This document shows positions 1-13,085 of a stretch of 64,000 bases of DNA, piece after piece; the stretch's first letter is position 1; every line of letters begins with the position of its first letter. Position numbers and translations under genes: made by a program. The stretch covers positions 60,388,001 through 60,452,000 of the forward strand of contig OX597818.1 in the NCBI GenBank assembly GCA_951406725.2. The letters are read 5' to 3'. The notes under the pieces are model-generated. The model worked only from the letters and a program-made list of their open reading frames with translations, had not been told where the DNA came from and made no database searches. Source of the stretch: Octopus vulgaris (lineage: Eukaryota).

Positions 1-187
1 AAGAAAAATGTCCAGTTCCTTGGTTTTGTGTTTATGTTTTCGATTCTCATTGTGTTCGACGTTTCTTTTTTGGTGTCCTATACCCATATATGCATGTATA
101 GATACATGTAGAGGTAGGTACGTACATATATGTATGCATATATGCATATGTTTTATTTATTAATTTATATACATATATGTATATATG

Positions 188-244
<57 letters not shown>

Positions 245-1084
245 TTGAACAGACAGAATACAACAAAGAGAAAAATTTAGACGAAAGCAGAGCAAACAGA
301 AAAGAAGACGAAAACTTAACGGACAGGGAATATAGACAAAGACACGATACACGGAATATTCATAGTTGAGTTTTCCTCGTCACTCATCGTGGTTTCGCAC
401 CATTATCATTGAGACCACTCAATCTTGGAGGTGCCAGTGCTGTTATTAAGCTATTGGGGAAAAGCTCGCGAATGTATACAAAGAAAGAAACAAATAAAAA
501 ATTATATAAGTACAACAGATGAAGAATTATGCAGGTATAACAACGCGAAGTCTTACGGATATATACAACAGAGGAAAGAAATAATAATCATACAAATACT
601 ACAAATGCAAGAGTAAGAGCTTTGCAGCAATCAAACGAACTAAGTGGAGTAGGGCAGGGAGAAATAGAGTAAGTCCTAGAGGACATAGCAGGAGCATAAA
701 CCAGCACACTAACACACGCGCGCGCACACCCATACACACATAGATAGATTGATTGATAGCTGCGTGTGTGTGTGTGTATGTGCCATTGTGTTTGCGTCCC
801 CGTAACTTAGCGGTTCGGTAAAATTGACAGGTAGACTAAGTGTGAAGCTTTAAAAAGTACTGAAATCGATTTCTTTGACTAAATTCTTTAAGGCGGTGCA
901 CAAGCATGGCCGTAGTCCAATGACTGAAACAAGTAAAAGTTTAAAGATAAACGATAAAAATGCAGTGTGGAATGAATGTAATCTTTGGTAGTTGGGGTGA
1001 CAACTCAGAACATATTTCGGTCTTATTACAACTCATCAGTGAAGTATAGTCTAACAGAGCACTTCTTAAACATTTTTCATTCAT

Positions 1085-1436
1085 GACCACCATACAGTGA
1101 CCACTAACTTTTTAGGGTGCAATAGTGGGTTTGGGTAGTGTTTAGGGGACTCTCCTGCATCTAATCACTGTCCTGTTCTTTTGCTGTTGTCAAAGAGTAT
1201 CCATTTCTCATCAAAAGTTATGATTTGATGCAAAAATAGTCTTTCTGTAGTCGAGAAAGCAATAAGAGATACACTTCGAGGCGTCTGTTTTTTTTTAAAA
1301 TCTCGTTCACTTGATGTGGAACAAACCGCTCCGTTTTCTTGACTTCTCCAATTTTTTACAGATGTCCAAAACCAGTTGTGTGAGATGTTTGGTGTTCTGA
1401 TGAAAGTTTTCGAATCTTTGTTCTCGGATTTTGTTC

Positions 1437-1438
<2 letters not shown>
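1085..1438 (-). mobile_element. mariner transposase remnant
   Basis: NPRTKIRKL...FVPHQVNE...LFLHQIITFDEKWILFDNSKR...PLLHPKKLVVTVW. Confidence 0.8.
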
Positions 1439-1469
<31 letters not shown>

Positions 1470-1654
1470 TGTATGTATGTATGTATGTGTATGTGTGTGT
1501 ATGTGCTTGTCTCCACCACCATCGTTTGCCCAACGCTTAGCAGCATTTCGTCCGTACTTACGTCCTGAATTCAAATTCCACCCAGGTCACCTCTGCCTTT
1601 CATTCTTACGGGGGTCGACAAAATAACTACCGTTTAAGCACAGGACTCGATGTG

Positions 1655-1852
1655 CGATGGGGCGCTGAAACGTTTCTGGCTTGAAGGGCATCGCCAAAAG
1701 CCTGGCTGGAGGCAAAACCTTCCGAGTACTTTTACAGAGCTTAGAAAAAACAGGACCGCTGCATCTAGTGAGTGCATCTAAATAAAATCATAGCCAACCC
1801 AAACTCCAGTACTTTCTATTAGCTAAAGCTAGGAACTTTTAAGCACCCCTCT
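1655..1852. mobile_element. mariner-type MITE inserted into a SINE
   Basis: Imperfect ~27 bp TIRs (cgatggggcgctgaaacgtttctggctt / aagctaggaacttttaagcacccctc). It splits a family D SINE at its gatg(TA)at site. Confidence 0.65.
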
Positions 1853-1966
1853 TAATTGGCTAGCCCCTCCACCATAATTTCAAACCTTGCGCCTGTAGTA
1901 GAAAGCAGTATTTCTATAGTACCAGGTTGAACCTGTTTGGAATCATGACAGGTACTATTTTCCCTT

Positions 1967-2566
1967 AAAGCGGCGAACTGGCAGAAACGTTAGCACGCCG
2001 GGCGAAATGCGTAGCCGTATTTCGTCTGCCGTTACGTTCTGAGTTCAAATTCTACAGAGGTCGACTTTGCTTTTCATCTCTTCGGGGTCGATTAAGTAAG
2101 TACCAGTTACGCACCGGGGTCGATGTAATCGAATTAATCCGTTTGTCTGTCCTTGTTTGTCCTCTCTGTGTTTAGCCCCTTGTGGGTAGTAAAGAAATAG
2201 GTATTTCGTCTGCCACTACGTTCTGAGTTCAAATTCCGCCGAGGTCGACTTTGCCTTTCATCCTTTCGGGGTCGATAAATTAAGTACCAGTTACGCACTG
2301 GGGTCGATGTAATCTACTTAATCCGTTTGTCTGTCCATGTTTGTCTCCTCTGTGTTTAGCCCCTTGTGGGTAGTAAAGAAATAGGTATTTAATCTGTCTT
2401 TATGTTCTGAGTTCAAATTCCGCCGAGGTCGACTTTGCCTTTCATCCTTTCGGGGTAGATAAATTAAGTACCAGTTACGCACTGGGTTCGATATAATCGA
2501 CTTAATCCATTTGTCTGTCCTTGTTTGTCCTCTCTGTGTTTAGCCCTTTGTGGGTAGTAAAGAAAT
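1967..2566 (+). mobile_element. SINE family D (Meta-domain-like): one head + three tandem bodies inside one 17-bp TSD
   Basis: B box GAGTTCAAATTCC and Meta-like gcctttcatcctttcggggtcgataaattaagtaccag. TSD aggtactattttccctt at 1950-1966 and 2567-2583. Confidence 0.88.
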
Positions 2567-3004
2567 AGGTACTATTTTCCCTTGCTTCATGTTACTAGAC
2601 GTATAGCCACAAACAAAAATCTTGACTTCGCTACATTGTTTGTTTATATGAAAAATATAACCAGATTATAGATAGTCACATTATCTGATACAACACTACA
2701 TCTACAAATCAATAATGTTATGTTACTACAGTGCTATATAGGAAATACTATATCGGAGACAGCTAGGAATACAGACATGATACTTTGAACAATACAGTTG
2801 ATATAGCTTTCATAAGAAGTACGACATCGGTACATTATATAGCATTGGTAGAAAACACAACGGTAGATTAATAAGAGATAATACAGTGCCTCAGTAGAAG
2901 ACATGTAACGAGAATCGAGTGAAGTAAATCGTGTGTCAGGAAAGCAGATACGTCAATAACCTGCAATTAAAACATCATTGACACATTAATATATTGAGAA
3001 CATT

Positions 3005-3410
3005 CGTTCTGAGTTCAAATTCCGCCGAGGTCGACTTTGCCTTTCATCCTTTCGAGGTCGCTAAATTAAGTACCAGTTGAATACTGGAGTTGATCTAATC
3101 GACTGGCTCCCGCCCCACCAAATTTCGGGCCTTGTGCCTAGAGTAGAAATGAATATGTTGAGAACATCAAGGCGGCGAACTGGCAGAAACGTTAGCACGC
3201 CGGGCGAAATGCGTAGCCGTATTTCGTCTGCCGTTACGTTCTGAGTTCAAATTACGCCGAAGTCAACTTTGCATTTCATCCTTTCGGGATCGATAAATTA
3301 ACTACCAGTTACGCACTGGGGTCGATGTAATCGACTTAATCCGTTTGTCTGTCCTTGTTTGTCCTCTCTGTGTTTAGCCCCTTGTGCGTTCTGAGTTCAA
3401 ATTCCGTGGT
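3005..3410 (+). mobile_element. Tandem SINE family D copies
   Basis: Match to family D; aatat(a/g)ttgagaacat duplicated around the first copy. Confidence 0.85.
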
Positions 3411-3559
3411 AATGGTGATTTGACGTCTATGTTTAGCCTAAAGGATGTCCACTTTAGTGGTCATTCCTCTAAATTTTGTACGTAACACACTTTTTTAATC
3501 TTTGGATTTTTTAAATATGCTAAGCCACTGGTTTTAATTGATTAATGTCAATTTTTACC

Positions 3560-3598
<39 letters not shown>

Positions 3599-3689
3599 TT
3601 TTATTCTTCTAATGGTTTCAGTCATTGGAACACCTCCTTAATTTTTTTTTAGTTTTGTTGTTGCTTTGTGATAGAAAGTTGGTCGATGA

Positions 3690-4020
3690 TCGTGACTGTG
3701 GTTGCTGATCTACCCTGAGTGTATCCTTGAATGGTTGGTTGGTCTGGTAAGATCGGTAGGAATTCATGGAATGCTTTTTTGAAAGTTTCAGTAGAGGTCC
3801 CTTTTATATTTCTAATCTCTTTGGGTAAACATTTGAAAACTTGAGGACCTTTGACTTTTAGACTGGTACAGTAGAGTGTTTTTGCTCGTGAGTTTGAAGA
3901 TGGTGTATTTGAAAGCTGGCAATACCTACCAGTTCGAGGATAAAATTCGCTTTAATGCCGATGTTTGGAACATGCGTCTCCAGGACCTACCATACCTATA
4001 TAATAGTATATCTCTCCCTT
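3690..4020 (-). mobile_element. Decayed CR1-group LINE ORF2 C-terminal fragment
   Basis: Minus strand reads SLKVKGPQVFKCLPKEIRNIKGTSTETFKKAFHEFLPILPDQPTIQGY, homologous to the C-terminus of the 57635-60070 ORF. Confidence 0.7.
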
Positions 4021-4170
4021 GTGGGTGAGCTTCCACTCATGTTCTGTCATCCAGTTTACTCACAGGTATTGGTAAACCCGAACCTATCGTAGAAGACATT
4101 TGGCCAAAGATACTTGTGGGAGTGAAACCCCGAACTCTAATACATATGAATGCGAAACGATTTTCTTAAT

Positions 4171-4581
4171 TCTTTCTACTATAGGCAGAAGACCTGAAAT
4201 TCTGGGGAGGTGAGCAGTCGATTAGATCGACCCCAATACGTAACTGGTACTTAATTTACTGACCCTGAAAGGATGAAATGCAAAGTCGACTTCGATGGAA
4301 TTTGAACTCAGATCGTAGCGACGGATGAAATACCGCTAAGCATTTCGTGCACCAAGCTAACGATTCTTTTTCTTCTTTAGGCACAAGGCCCGACATTTTT
4401 GGGGAGGGTGGCCAGTCGATTAGATCGACCCGAGTACGCAACTGGTACTTAATTTATTGACTCCGAAAGGATGAAAGGGGAAGTCGAGTTCGATAGAATT
4501 TGAACTCTGAACGTAGCGATGGGTGAAATATCACTATGCATTTCGTCCAGCGTGCTAACGATTCTGCCAGCTCGCCGCTTT
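4171..4581 (-). mobile_element. SINE family D dimer (alternative tail)
   Basis: TSD aaacgattttcttaat on both sides. Confidence 0.85.
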
Positions 4582-4637
4582 AAACGATTTTCTTAATCTC
4601 ATATTCATATCTGCGCCTATAGACTTTACTTATTCTA

Positions 4638-4783
4638 CAGTGCCGCCTCAAAACAAGGGCACACTGGATAGTTACCCACGGGCCTCAAGAATCTAGGTGC
4701 CCAACTGTATCCTATGTATGCTGTGTCTTGCTGATAGTGTTTTGATTTACCTGGTAGCTGATAATGCTGTTAAAGCGGCTCTG
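4638..4783. mobile_element. Possible small hAT-like MITE
   Basis: Imperfect TIRs cagtgccgcctca / taaagcggctctg; no convincing TSD. Confidence 0.35.
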
Positions 4784-5129
4784 TTAAAATAGCAGATGCT
4801 TACCACGCCCCACTCTCGGACTGGCAACCCTCCACCTTTACTAAATCGCTGGAACAAAGGTGTGTGTATGTGGTTACGTGATGTGCTAGTAATAGCAAGT
4901 ATCTTTGCCGATTGTCTTTAACGGGTGAAGGAATGACTAGATAATGGTTTCCTAGATAAGCAATGTTAAAATAGAAGAACGAGATGGTCATGGCTGGAAC
5001 GCCTTTGAAGATAGTTTTTGCGATTGAGGCCGAACTGGGGCGAAACTGGTAATTACCATCACCATCAGCACTATTGTTAACATGAATACTATGAGAAATA
5101 CAACCAATGCTACTAATTGTTATAGCAAG

Positions 5130-6030
5130 TTCAAACGCCAGCATCAACACCACCGCCATCATGAATACCACTACTAACTCCGCCATCATTGCCACCACCA
5201 CCACCACCACCATCAACATCACGAACAACGCTACCATCAATAACACCAACATAAATATTATTATTACTAACACCATCGCTTGTGTCCTAATACAACAACG
5301 AATACCATTACTACCACTATAGCACTATCATTAACACCACCACAACCACTACTACTACTACAATTACCACCGCCGACACCACCGCCACCAGTACTGCTAC
5401 TACTACCACCACCGCCACCAGTACTAATACTACTACTACTACCACCACCACCACCACCACCACCACCACCGCCACCAGTACTACTACTACTACTACCACC
5501 ACCGCCACCGCCCCCGCCACCAGTACTACTACTACTACTAATACCACCACCGCCACCAGTACTGCTACTACTACTACCACCACCACCACCACCACCATCG
5601 CCACCAGTAATACTACTACTACTACCACCACCACCACCACCACCACCACCACCATCGCCACCAGTAATACTACTACTATAACATGACAATGACCATCATC
5701 GCCATGAATATCACAACCACCATCTCTACTATTACCAACACGCGTATCCGAACACCACTATTACCACCATGGACACCACTACAGCAGCTAGTAAAAGTGC
5801 TACTACTACCACCACGAACATCACCACCGTCTCCAGCCACAACGATATTGCCATCACCACCACCACCACCAGCACCACTAGCAGCAGCAGCAGCGTTGCA
5901 AATGCCATCACCAACACCACCAGAAATGTTACAGCCTCCACACACAAAATTTGGCAGATACCAGCCAAAACATGCGCAGTGAAGAAAACAAATTTAACAA
6001 CACCAACAACAGCAGCAACAACAACAAACA
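5130..6030. repeat. Degenerate (CCA/CTA/CAA)n trinucleotide array
   Basis: Visible directly. Confidence 0.9.
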
Positions 6031-6561
6031 CACAACGAGAAAAAAAAAAGAAAAGAAAAGAGCAAAGACGTTGTATACTTTATGTCGCCATTATTATCGT
6101 TGATTGAATTAAGCTCCGTCAACCTATGAAAATATTAAATTATTTCCCAAGATATTTTGACCTAAACTCCCTGCTGTCATATATATGTAAGTAAGACACC
6201 GGCAGAACGTTAGGTTAAAATTCGGGTCACAATATCTAAATTAATCTCCAGCAATTAAATTTGAACAAAATATACTTGTGTATATATTCTCCCAGCATCG
6301 ATCATATAGAGTTATCATCAACTTTAATCATACATCTGTAATCATTGGGAACAACAGTAGTAGTTTAAAAAAAAAAGAAAGAAAGAAAAAGAAACAAGAA
6401 TAATAGAAACAAATGGAAAAGTAAAAAAAAAAACAAGCATTTTTTTTTTTTTAAATTTTAAAATTATTGGAAATCTTGTGCTGTATATGTTATTAGAAGC
6501 ATAGCAAATGTAATTACAATATAATAAATAGAATATCATATATGTAGCTCAAAACGATATT

Positions 6562-6608
<47 letters not shown>

Positions 6609-6646
6609 GTATGTATGTATGCATGTCTATCTATCTATATATATAT

Positions 6647-6713
<67 letters not shown>

Positions 6714-6741
6714 GGAGTAAACACATAAATGTGAAACAAGG

Positions 6742-6777
6742 TGTCCGACGAACGGCAACGGGAAACTCAGAGTAACA
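6742..6777 (+). ncRNA. Hammerhead-like motif in a ~100 bp island within (TA)n
   Basis: TGT-CCGACGA-A-CGGCAACGG-GAAA-CTCAGAG-TA-ACA; stem III ACTC/GAGT, stem II imperfect. Confidence 0.45.
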
Positions 6778-6808
6778 GGTTTTGTTGAATTTTCTGCTGC
6801 TTTAAATA

Positions 6809-6846
<38 letters not shown>

Positions 6847-6979
6847 ATCTATGTCTCTAACTATCTATCTGTATATATATATATATCCTGTCTGACCACG
6901 TCTCTCCGGCATTCGCCATGATTGACCGTTAGCCACTAAACCTTTTTTCTATTTTCTCTCCCTGTTTATTTCTGTGTTC

Positions 6980-7015
6980 CTTTCTGTCGAAGAGCATAGG
7001 CTCGAAATGTAAAAG
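6980..7015 (+). ncRNA. Hammerhead-like motif with variant core, in element 6890-7110; inverted copy at 8865-8900
   Basis: CTTT-CTGTCGA-A-GAGC(ATAG)GCTC-GAAA-TG-TA-AAAG. Confidence 0.5.
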
Positions 7016-7405
7016 ACTTTCTCACTTCCCGGGCGTTAAACTAATACATCTGTCTGTTGTTTACACACCCTTCTTCGTTTTTTTTTTCTTTTTATAAACA
7101 CCAACTATATATATATACATATGCCTTTGCATGTGTGATAAATGTTTGTATGATCAAATGTTCTGCTATGTTAATGAAAGAAATAAGTACTCAAAGCATT
7201 TTGTAAATTAAAGCATTTGTTTTACTATGAAATAATTTTTCTCACAATTCAAGTTTCAAGTCACAACGATCTTCAGGCGAGAAATGTTAGTGCATTTTTA
7301 TATGCATTCGATGAGGTTCGTTCTTTATCCTATGATTATTTTCCTCATTTGTTAGCTTTCAATGTTTTGTTATATTGTCGTATGTATAGTGTGTGTGTGT
7401 GTGCA

Positions 7406-7438
<33 letters not shown>

Positions 7439-7559
7439 CTATATCTTGTTATTTTTACTCTTGTAGTCGTTCAGCCTTTAAGCTGTGACAATGCTGAGGA
7501 ACCGCCATTGATGTTGCTACGTTTTTTCTCATCTTTTATTTTTGGTTTACTTTAGATGA

Positions 7560-7990
7560 ACAAGGTGGGGTTAGTTTCTGCATTTAGTTCTTTGTGATTC
7601 TCACTCTGAAATAAGCTGATCTGGAGTTCAACGCAGTAGAAGCTCCAGTTGTGTTTTGAAGCCATCAGTATCCACACCATGTGGCTCTCGTAAATCCCTC
7701 GGTAGGATACTGAAAAATTGTGGGCCTTTAAATCCTAAGAAACAGCAATGTCTGTTGCTAAATCTCGATAGTGAAGATGGGATCTTTGGTACGATGCAGT
7801 AGCTGTCTCTTCGGGGAGTAGCATAGCTTTCAACGCCAAAGTTTACTGCAGCGCCTTCGAGAATCTTCCAGATATATATTACTACATATCTTTTTCGTGT
7901 TCGCTCAAAGGAATAGAGTTTTAAGGTAGCAATATTTCCCAATGGCTGATATGTTGCATTGAAACAACTTGCATGTAGCTGCATTGCATT
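7560..7990 (-). mobile_element. Decayed CR1-group LINE ORF2 C-terminal fragment
   Basis: ORF 7628-7984: LKLYSFERTRKRYVVIYIWKILEG...GPQFFSILPRDLR...FKTQLE. Confidence 0.8.
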
Positions 7991-8317
7991 ACTTAAAGTT
8001 CTATCATTAATTCCACACTAATTACTTACCGTAATTGGGAGCTATGATTTAGACAACTGAGGACAAATGTCGACCAGAAGACCATCATAGTTTCTAGTTC
8101 TCTTGTTCTGAATGTCCTTAGAATTCATTATAATCAGTCTTAGTAATATGCACAAGAAACGATGCTTTAGCACACATGTTAAGGTGCAAGTCATCTACTG
8201 ATTATGACACTCAGGAGCTACAATTCTGTCCTGGTCCTGAGTACTTTGTCTACAATATTACATTTAACTTTGAGTGGAGTGCTGATGCATACATACATAC
8301 ATACATACATACATACA

Positions 8318-8349
<32 letters not shown>

Positions 8350-8350
<1 letters not shown>

Positions 8351-8442
8351 CTCTTTTACTCTTTTACTTGTTTCAGTTATTTCAGCAACTCGACCCCAGG
8401 ACTTATTCTTTATAATCCTAGTACTTATTTCTATCGAACACA

Positions 8443-8534
<92 letters not shown>

Positions 8535-8741
8535 GACATATAGACATATATATATATATATATATATACATATATACGACGGGCTTCTTTTAGTTTCCGT
8601 CTACCAAATCCACTCACAAGGCTTTGGTCGGCCCGAGGCTATAGTAGAAGACACTTACCCAAGGTGCCACGCAGTAGGACTGAACCCGGAACCATGTGGT
8701 TTGTAAGCAAGCTACTTACCACACAGCCACTCCTACGCCTA
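8350..8741 (-). mobile_element. SINE family A, internally deleted
   Basis: Reverse complement of the 11317 copy. Confidence 0.85.
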
Positions 8742-8743
8742 TA

Positions 8744-8782
<39 letters not shown>

Positions 8783-9031
8783 ATTTACAAAAACACAAAA
8801 GACGAAGACGGCTGTGTAGACAACAAAGAGATATATAAGTTTAACGCTCGGAAAGTGAGAAAGTCTTTTACGTCACGAGCCTCTGCTCTTCGACAGAAAG
8901 GAACACAGAAATAAACAGGGAGAGAAAATAGTAATATGATATATATACTACTCATATACACATATATATATATATATACACGATATCGCTAATGTCTCTT
9001 CTGTCTTACTTCAAGTTAGTAGTGTCTTACT

Positions 9032-9420
9032 GTGGAGGTGTAATGGCCCAGTGGTTAGGGTAGCAGACACGCTGTCGTAGGATTGCGGTTTCGATTCCCA
9101 GACAGGGCATTGTTGGTGAGGGTTTATTGAGCGAAAACACCTAAAGCTCCACGAGGCTCCGACAGGGGGTAGTGGCGAAACCTGCTGTACTCTTCCACCA
9201 CAACTTTCTCTCACTCATTCTTCCTGTTTCTATTGTACCTGTATTTCAAAAGGGCCAGCCTTGTCACACTCTGTGTCACGCTGAATCTCCCCGAGAACTA
9301 CGTTAAGAGTACGCGTGTCTGTGGAGTGCTCAGCCACTTGTACGTTAATTTTATGAGCAGGCTGTTCCGTTGATCGGATCAACTGGAAGCCTCGTCGTCG
9401 TAACCGACTGACTGCCGTAA
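9032..9420 (+). mobile_element. SINE family B
   Basis: Matches the 11829 copy. Confidence 0.9.
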
Positions 9421-9459
9421 TAATATGTGTGTGTGTGTGCGTGTGTGTGTGTGTGTGTG

Positions 9460-9579
<120 letters not shown>

Positions 9580-9689
9580 TACTACTCATATATATATATA
9601 CACACATTCATTTATTTGCACATATACACACATATATATCGCTAGTGTCTCTTCTGTCTTACTCCAAGCGAGTAATGTCTTACTCCTCC

Positions 9690-10240
9690 CAGCCTCTCTC
9701 ATAAGCGCTCGTCTTCTCTTGTACAGAGACAATCCTCTTAATGTTGTAGCTTTGGAGTAATTCAAGTTCAATAATCAGTTTAACATTATGTGGGGATCAA
9801 AGGTGAGAAAAAAGAGTCAAGACGACTGAATAGAAATGTCCTCCAACAGCATCGACAAGATTTCTTTTTTCTCCGCTTCTGAATCGTCTCCGATTCCATT
9901 CCTACAATCATCTGCATATCTTCGCCATTTTACTACTATTCAAATCGCTTGTGCATCGTTACTTGCATTGACCTCTGTGTCACCTAATGTTTATCATTCT
10001 GGATTTCAATGTATTTTCTTCCTTTATATCATATTTTTTTTTTCCAACTGTAATAATTTTCGTACCGTTTTATATTTTTTATTCAACACGCTCGTTTATT
10101 GGATTTAAGTCATGCTGTACGTTTATGACATCATTGATATTCCTCATTGCTTCTAATATTTCCATATCGCGCTAGCATAGATACAGGGTTGTAGTAACAC
10201 TTATAATGGAGAGTATATCACTAACGATATCAGCCTGAAG
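9690..10240 (-). mobile_element. Highly decayed Penelope-like RT remnant
   Basis: Minus strand gives VKWRRYADDC (W-x-R-Y-x-DD motif), upstream SIISVTTTLY...EILEAM and downstream LNLNYSKATTLRGL. Confidence 0.4.
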
Positions 10241-10595
10241 CTCAACATGTGCAACGATGCATGTACTTCATGTGCACACTGCTTAGGGCTTTTTGTATAC
10301 ACACACAAGTACACACACATACACACATACATATACATATATATACGTGTCTGTGTGTGTAGGGATGAGTATTAAAGGAAAACTATGTGAAGATGGAGAG
10401 ACCGTTTAAATTTTTGAGAGAAGGTAATAGGGAAAAACGTGTATATATAATGTAGAAGGATAAAGTTTTTGGATCAAAAATCAAGATGTAAATTGAACAT
10501 GAAAGGAATAGAAATTTAAGTATTTTGTTTTTACTAAGTTTGTACATTACCAAATAAAAAATAGTGTATATAATTTATATATAGTTTATATATAT

Positions 10596-10650
<55 letters not shown>

Positions 10651-10670
10651 AACATGCATACATACATACA

Positions 10671-10740
<70 letters not shown>

Positions 10741-11316
10741 TTGTATATATGCAAGAAGTAATGGCTTTTAAAAATAATGGATGAGTTAGAAGGAAATATA
10801 TATTTTAACAATTTTAAATATATCTGCTCACGTGCTCACATACAAACAAACAAACACACACATGTACGTGACTATATATGTATATATACATATATGCATA
10901 TACACACATATACACATATAAACACATCTATATACACACACATGAATATATTGTTAGACATGCATCTATGAAGATACATATTATTGTGTTGTATTATATA
11001 CATGTATAGATTTATGCATTTACATAAGTATATACACATATGAATGTATACACGCATATGCACTTATACGCATGCACACGCATATAGGAATTAATGCACA
11101 ATCTATATATACATAATGTAGAGTCCACCCAACAAGCGTATACACCCTTCAGGAAAAGAAACGCGAGTAAAAATGCTTTAAAACTAAATTCATTCAGACA
11201 TCACAGGATTAATACATGTTACCTTTAAACAATTTTTTGCCTATTTTCACCTTTTTCAAACGTGGTGCCGAGACGTGTAAAGCTTACCTGAATTAGAATT
11301 TGTAAGGATCGTGCAT

Positions 11317-11736
11317 AGGCGCAGGAGTGGCTGTGTGGTAAGTAGCTTGCTTACCAACCACATGGTTCCGGGTTCAGTCCCACTGCGTGGCACCTTGGGC
11401 ATGTGTCTTCTGCTATAGCCTCGGGCCGACCAATGCCTTGTGAGTGGATTTGGTAGACGGAAACTGAAAGAAGCCCGTCGTATATATGTATATATGTATA
11501 TGTGTGTGTGTGTGTTTGTATGTCTGTGTTTGTCCCCCTAGCATTGCTTGACAACCGATGCTGGTGTGTTTACGTCCCCGTCACTTAGCGGTTCGGCAAA
11601 AAGAGACCGATAGAATAAGTACTGGGCTTACAAAAAAATAAGTCCCGGGGTCGATTTGCTCGACTTTTAAAGGCGGTGCTCCAGCATGGCCGCAGTCAAA
11701 TGACTGAAACAAGTAATAGAGTAAAGAGTAAAAGAG
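11317..11736 (+). mobile_element. SINE family A (tRNA-derived head, internal (TA/TG)n, conserved 3' half); representative full copy
   Basis: A-box-like TGGCTGTGTGG and B-box-like GGTTCAGTCCC; ends aagtaaaagag. Partial copies at ~790-950, 20190-20390, 23413-23700, 33695-33880, 34825-34985, 46660-46710, 46920-47095. Confidence 0.9.
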
Positions 11737-11828
11737 AGATGAAGATGTGAATTCGAGTTGTCTTCATGTTCTCCTGATTTGTCACGAGAAGACTTTTAGC
11801 CTAAATGATGTTGTGTATCAGAGAAAAG

Positions 11829-12216
11829 TGGAGGCGCAATGGCCCAGTGGTTAGGGCAGCGGACTCGCGGTCATAGGATCGCGGTTTCGATTTCCAGACC
11901 GGGCGTTGTGAGTGTTTATTGAGCGAAAACACCTAAAAGTTCCACGAGGCTCCGGCAGGGGGATGGTGGTGTTCCCTGCTGTACTCTTTCACCACAACTT
12001 TCTCTCACTCTTACTTCCTGTTTCTGTTGTACCTGTATTTCAAAGGGCCGGCCTTGTCACTCTCTGTGTGTCACGCTGAATATCCCCCGAGAACTACGTT
12101 AAGGGTACACGTGTCTGTGGAGTGCTCAGCCACTTACACGTTAATTTCACGAGCAGGCTGTTCCGTTGATTCGGATCAACCGGAACCCTGGTCGTCGTAA
12201 CCGACGGAGTGCTTCC
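11829..12216 (+). mobile_element. SINE family B (tRNA-derived), full copy with TSD
   Basis: A box TGGCCCAGTGG and B-box-like GGTTTCGATTTCC; flanked by atcagagaaaag / atcacagaaaag. Confidence 0.9.
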
Positions 12217-12469
12217 ATCACAGAAAAGCAGCTACACTGATGGTCCTTTGGGAAGAAACTGAAATGACCTGTGCAGCAATCTCACCGGGGACTTTGGCCA
12301 ATGTTGCCCAAGCACCTGTCTACCGTACTAATAAGTGTCTGGATAAGTGATTAACGGTCTCCACTTTGGACATCTCTGGTAATTCTGGTGTTTAAAAATG
12401 TATTCAAGTATTTCTACGCAATTTCCTTTTCTTGAAAGGAATGGAAACGTTTTGGTAGACTCTGCATTA

Positions 12470-13021
12470 TACACATACATACACACACACATACATACAT
12501 ACATACATACATACATACATACATACATACATACATAAATACATACATACATAAATATATACATGCATACATACATACATATATATATGTATATATATAT
12601 ATATACATGCATACATACATGCATACATACATACATACATACATACATACATACATACATACATACATACATAAATATATATATACATACATATATAATA
12701 TATATATATGTATATGTATATATATATATGTATATATACATACATATATATATATATATGTGTATATATATATATATATATATACACACAAACCCACACG
12801 CACGTATAGTGTGTGTTAGACAAATTTACCTGTTATAATGAACTAATAAACTATGTAATAAGCGTTTAATCATTTCCACGGATAAAGCTTTTGAATTATA
12901 TATATACTTGTATATGTGTATGTATATATGTATGCATGTATCGTGTATGTATGTATGAATGTACATATGTATGTATGTGTGTGTATGTATGTATGTATGT
13001 ATGAATGTACATATGTATGTA

Positions 13022-13075
<54 letters not shown>

Positions 13076-13085
13076 CATATGCATA
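12470..13085. repeat. (CATA)n/(TA)n/(TATG)n compound microsatellites
   Basis: Visible directly. Confidence 0.9.

Noticed and set aside
1967-2566. Regularly spaced palindromic repeats suggesting a CRISPR array
   Set aside because: Entire ~182-bp units repeat, with no unique spacers and no cas genes; eukaryotic SINE.
5107-6107. Gly-, Pro-, Val- or Thr-rich ORFs resembling extensin/mucin or glycine-rich proteins
   Set aside because: Trinucleotide microsatellite open in most frames on both strands; no splice or domain evidence.
11351-11554. Recurrent ORF '[16 protein letters not shown]...CHAVGLNPEPCGW' that looks like a gene family
   Set aside because: Antisense translation of SINE family A; frame and stops vary between copies.
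11829-11905. tRNA genes at SINE heads (also 36462 and 48848)
   Set aside because: A/B boxes are present but acceptor stems are not complete, and each continues into a SINE body.
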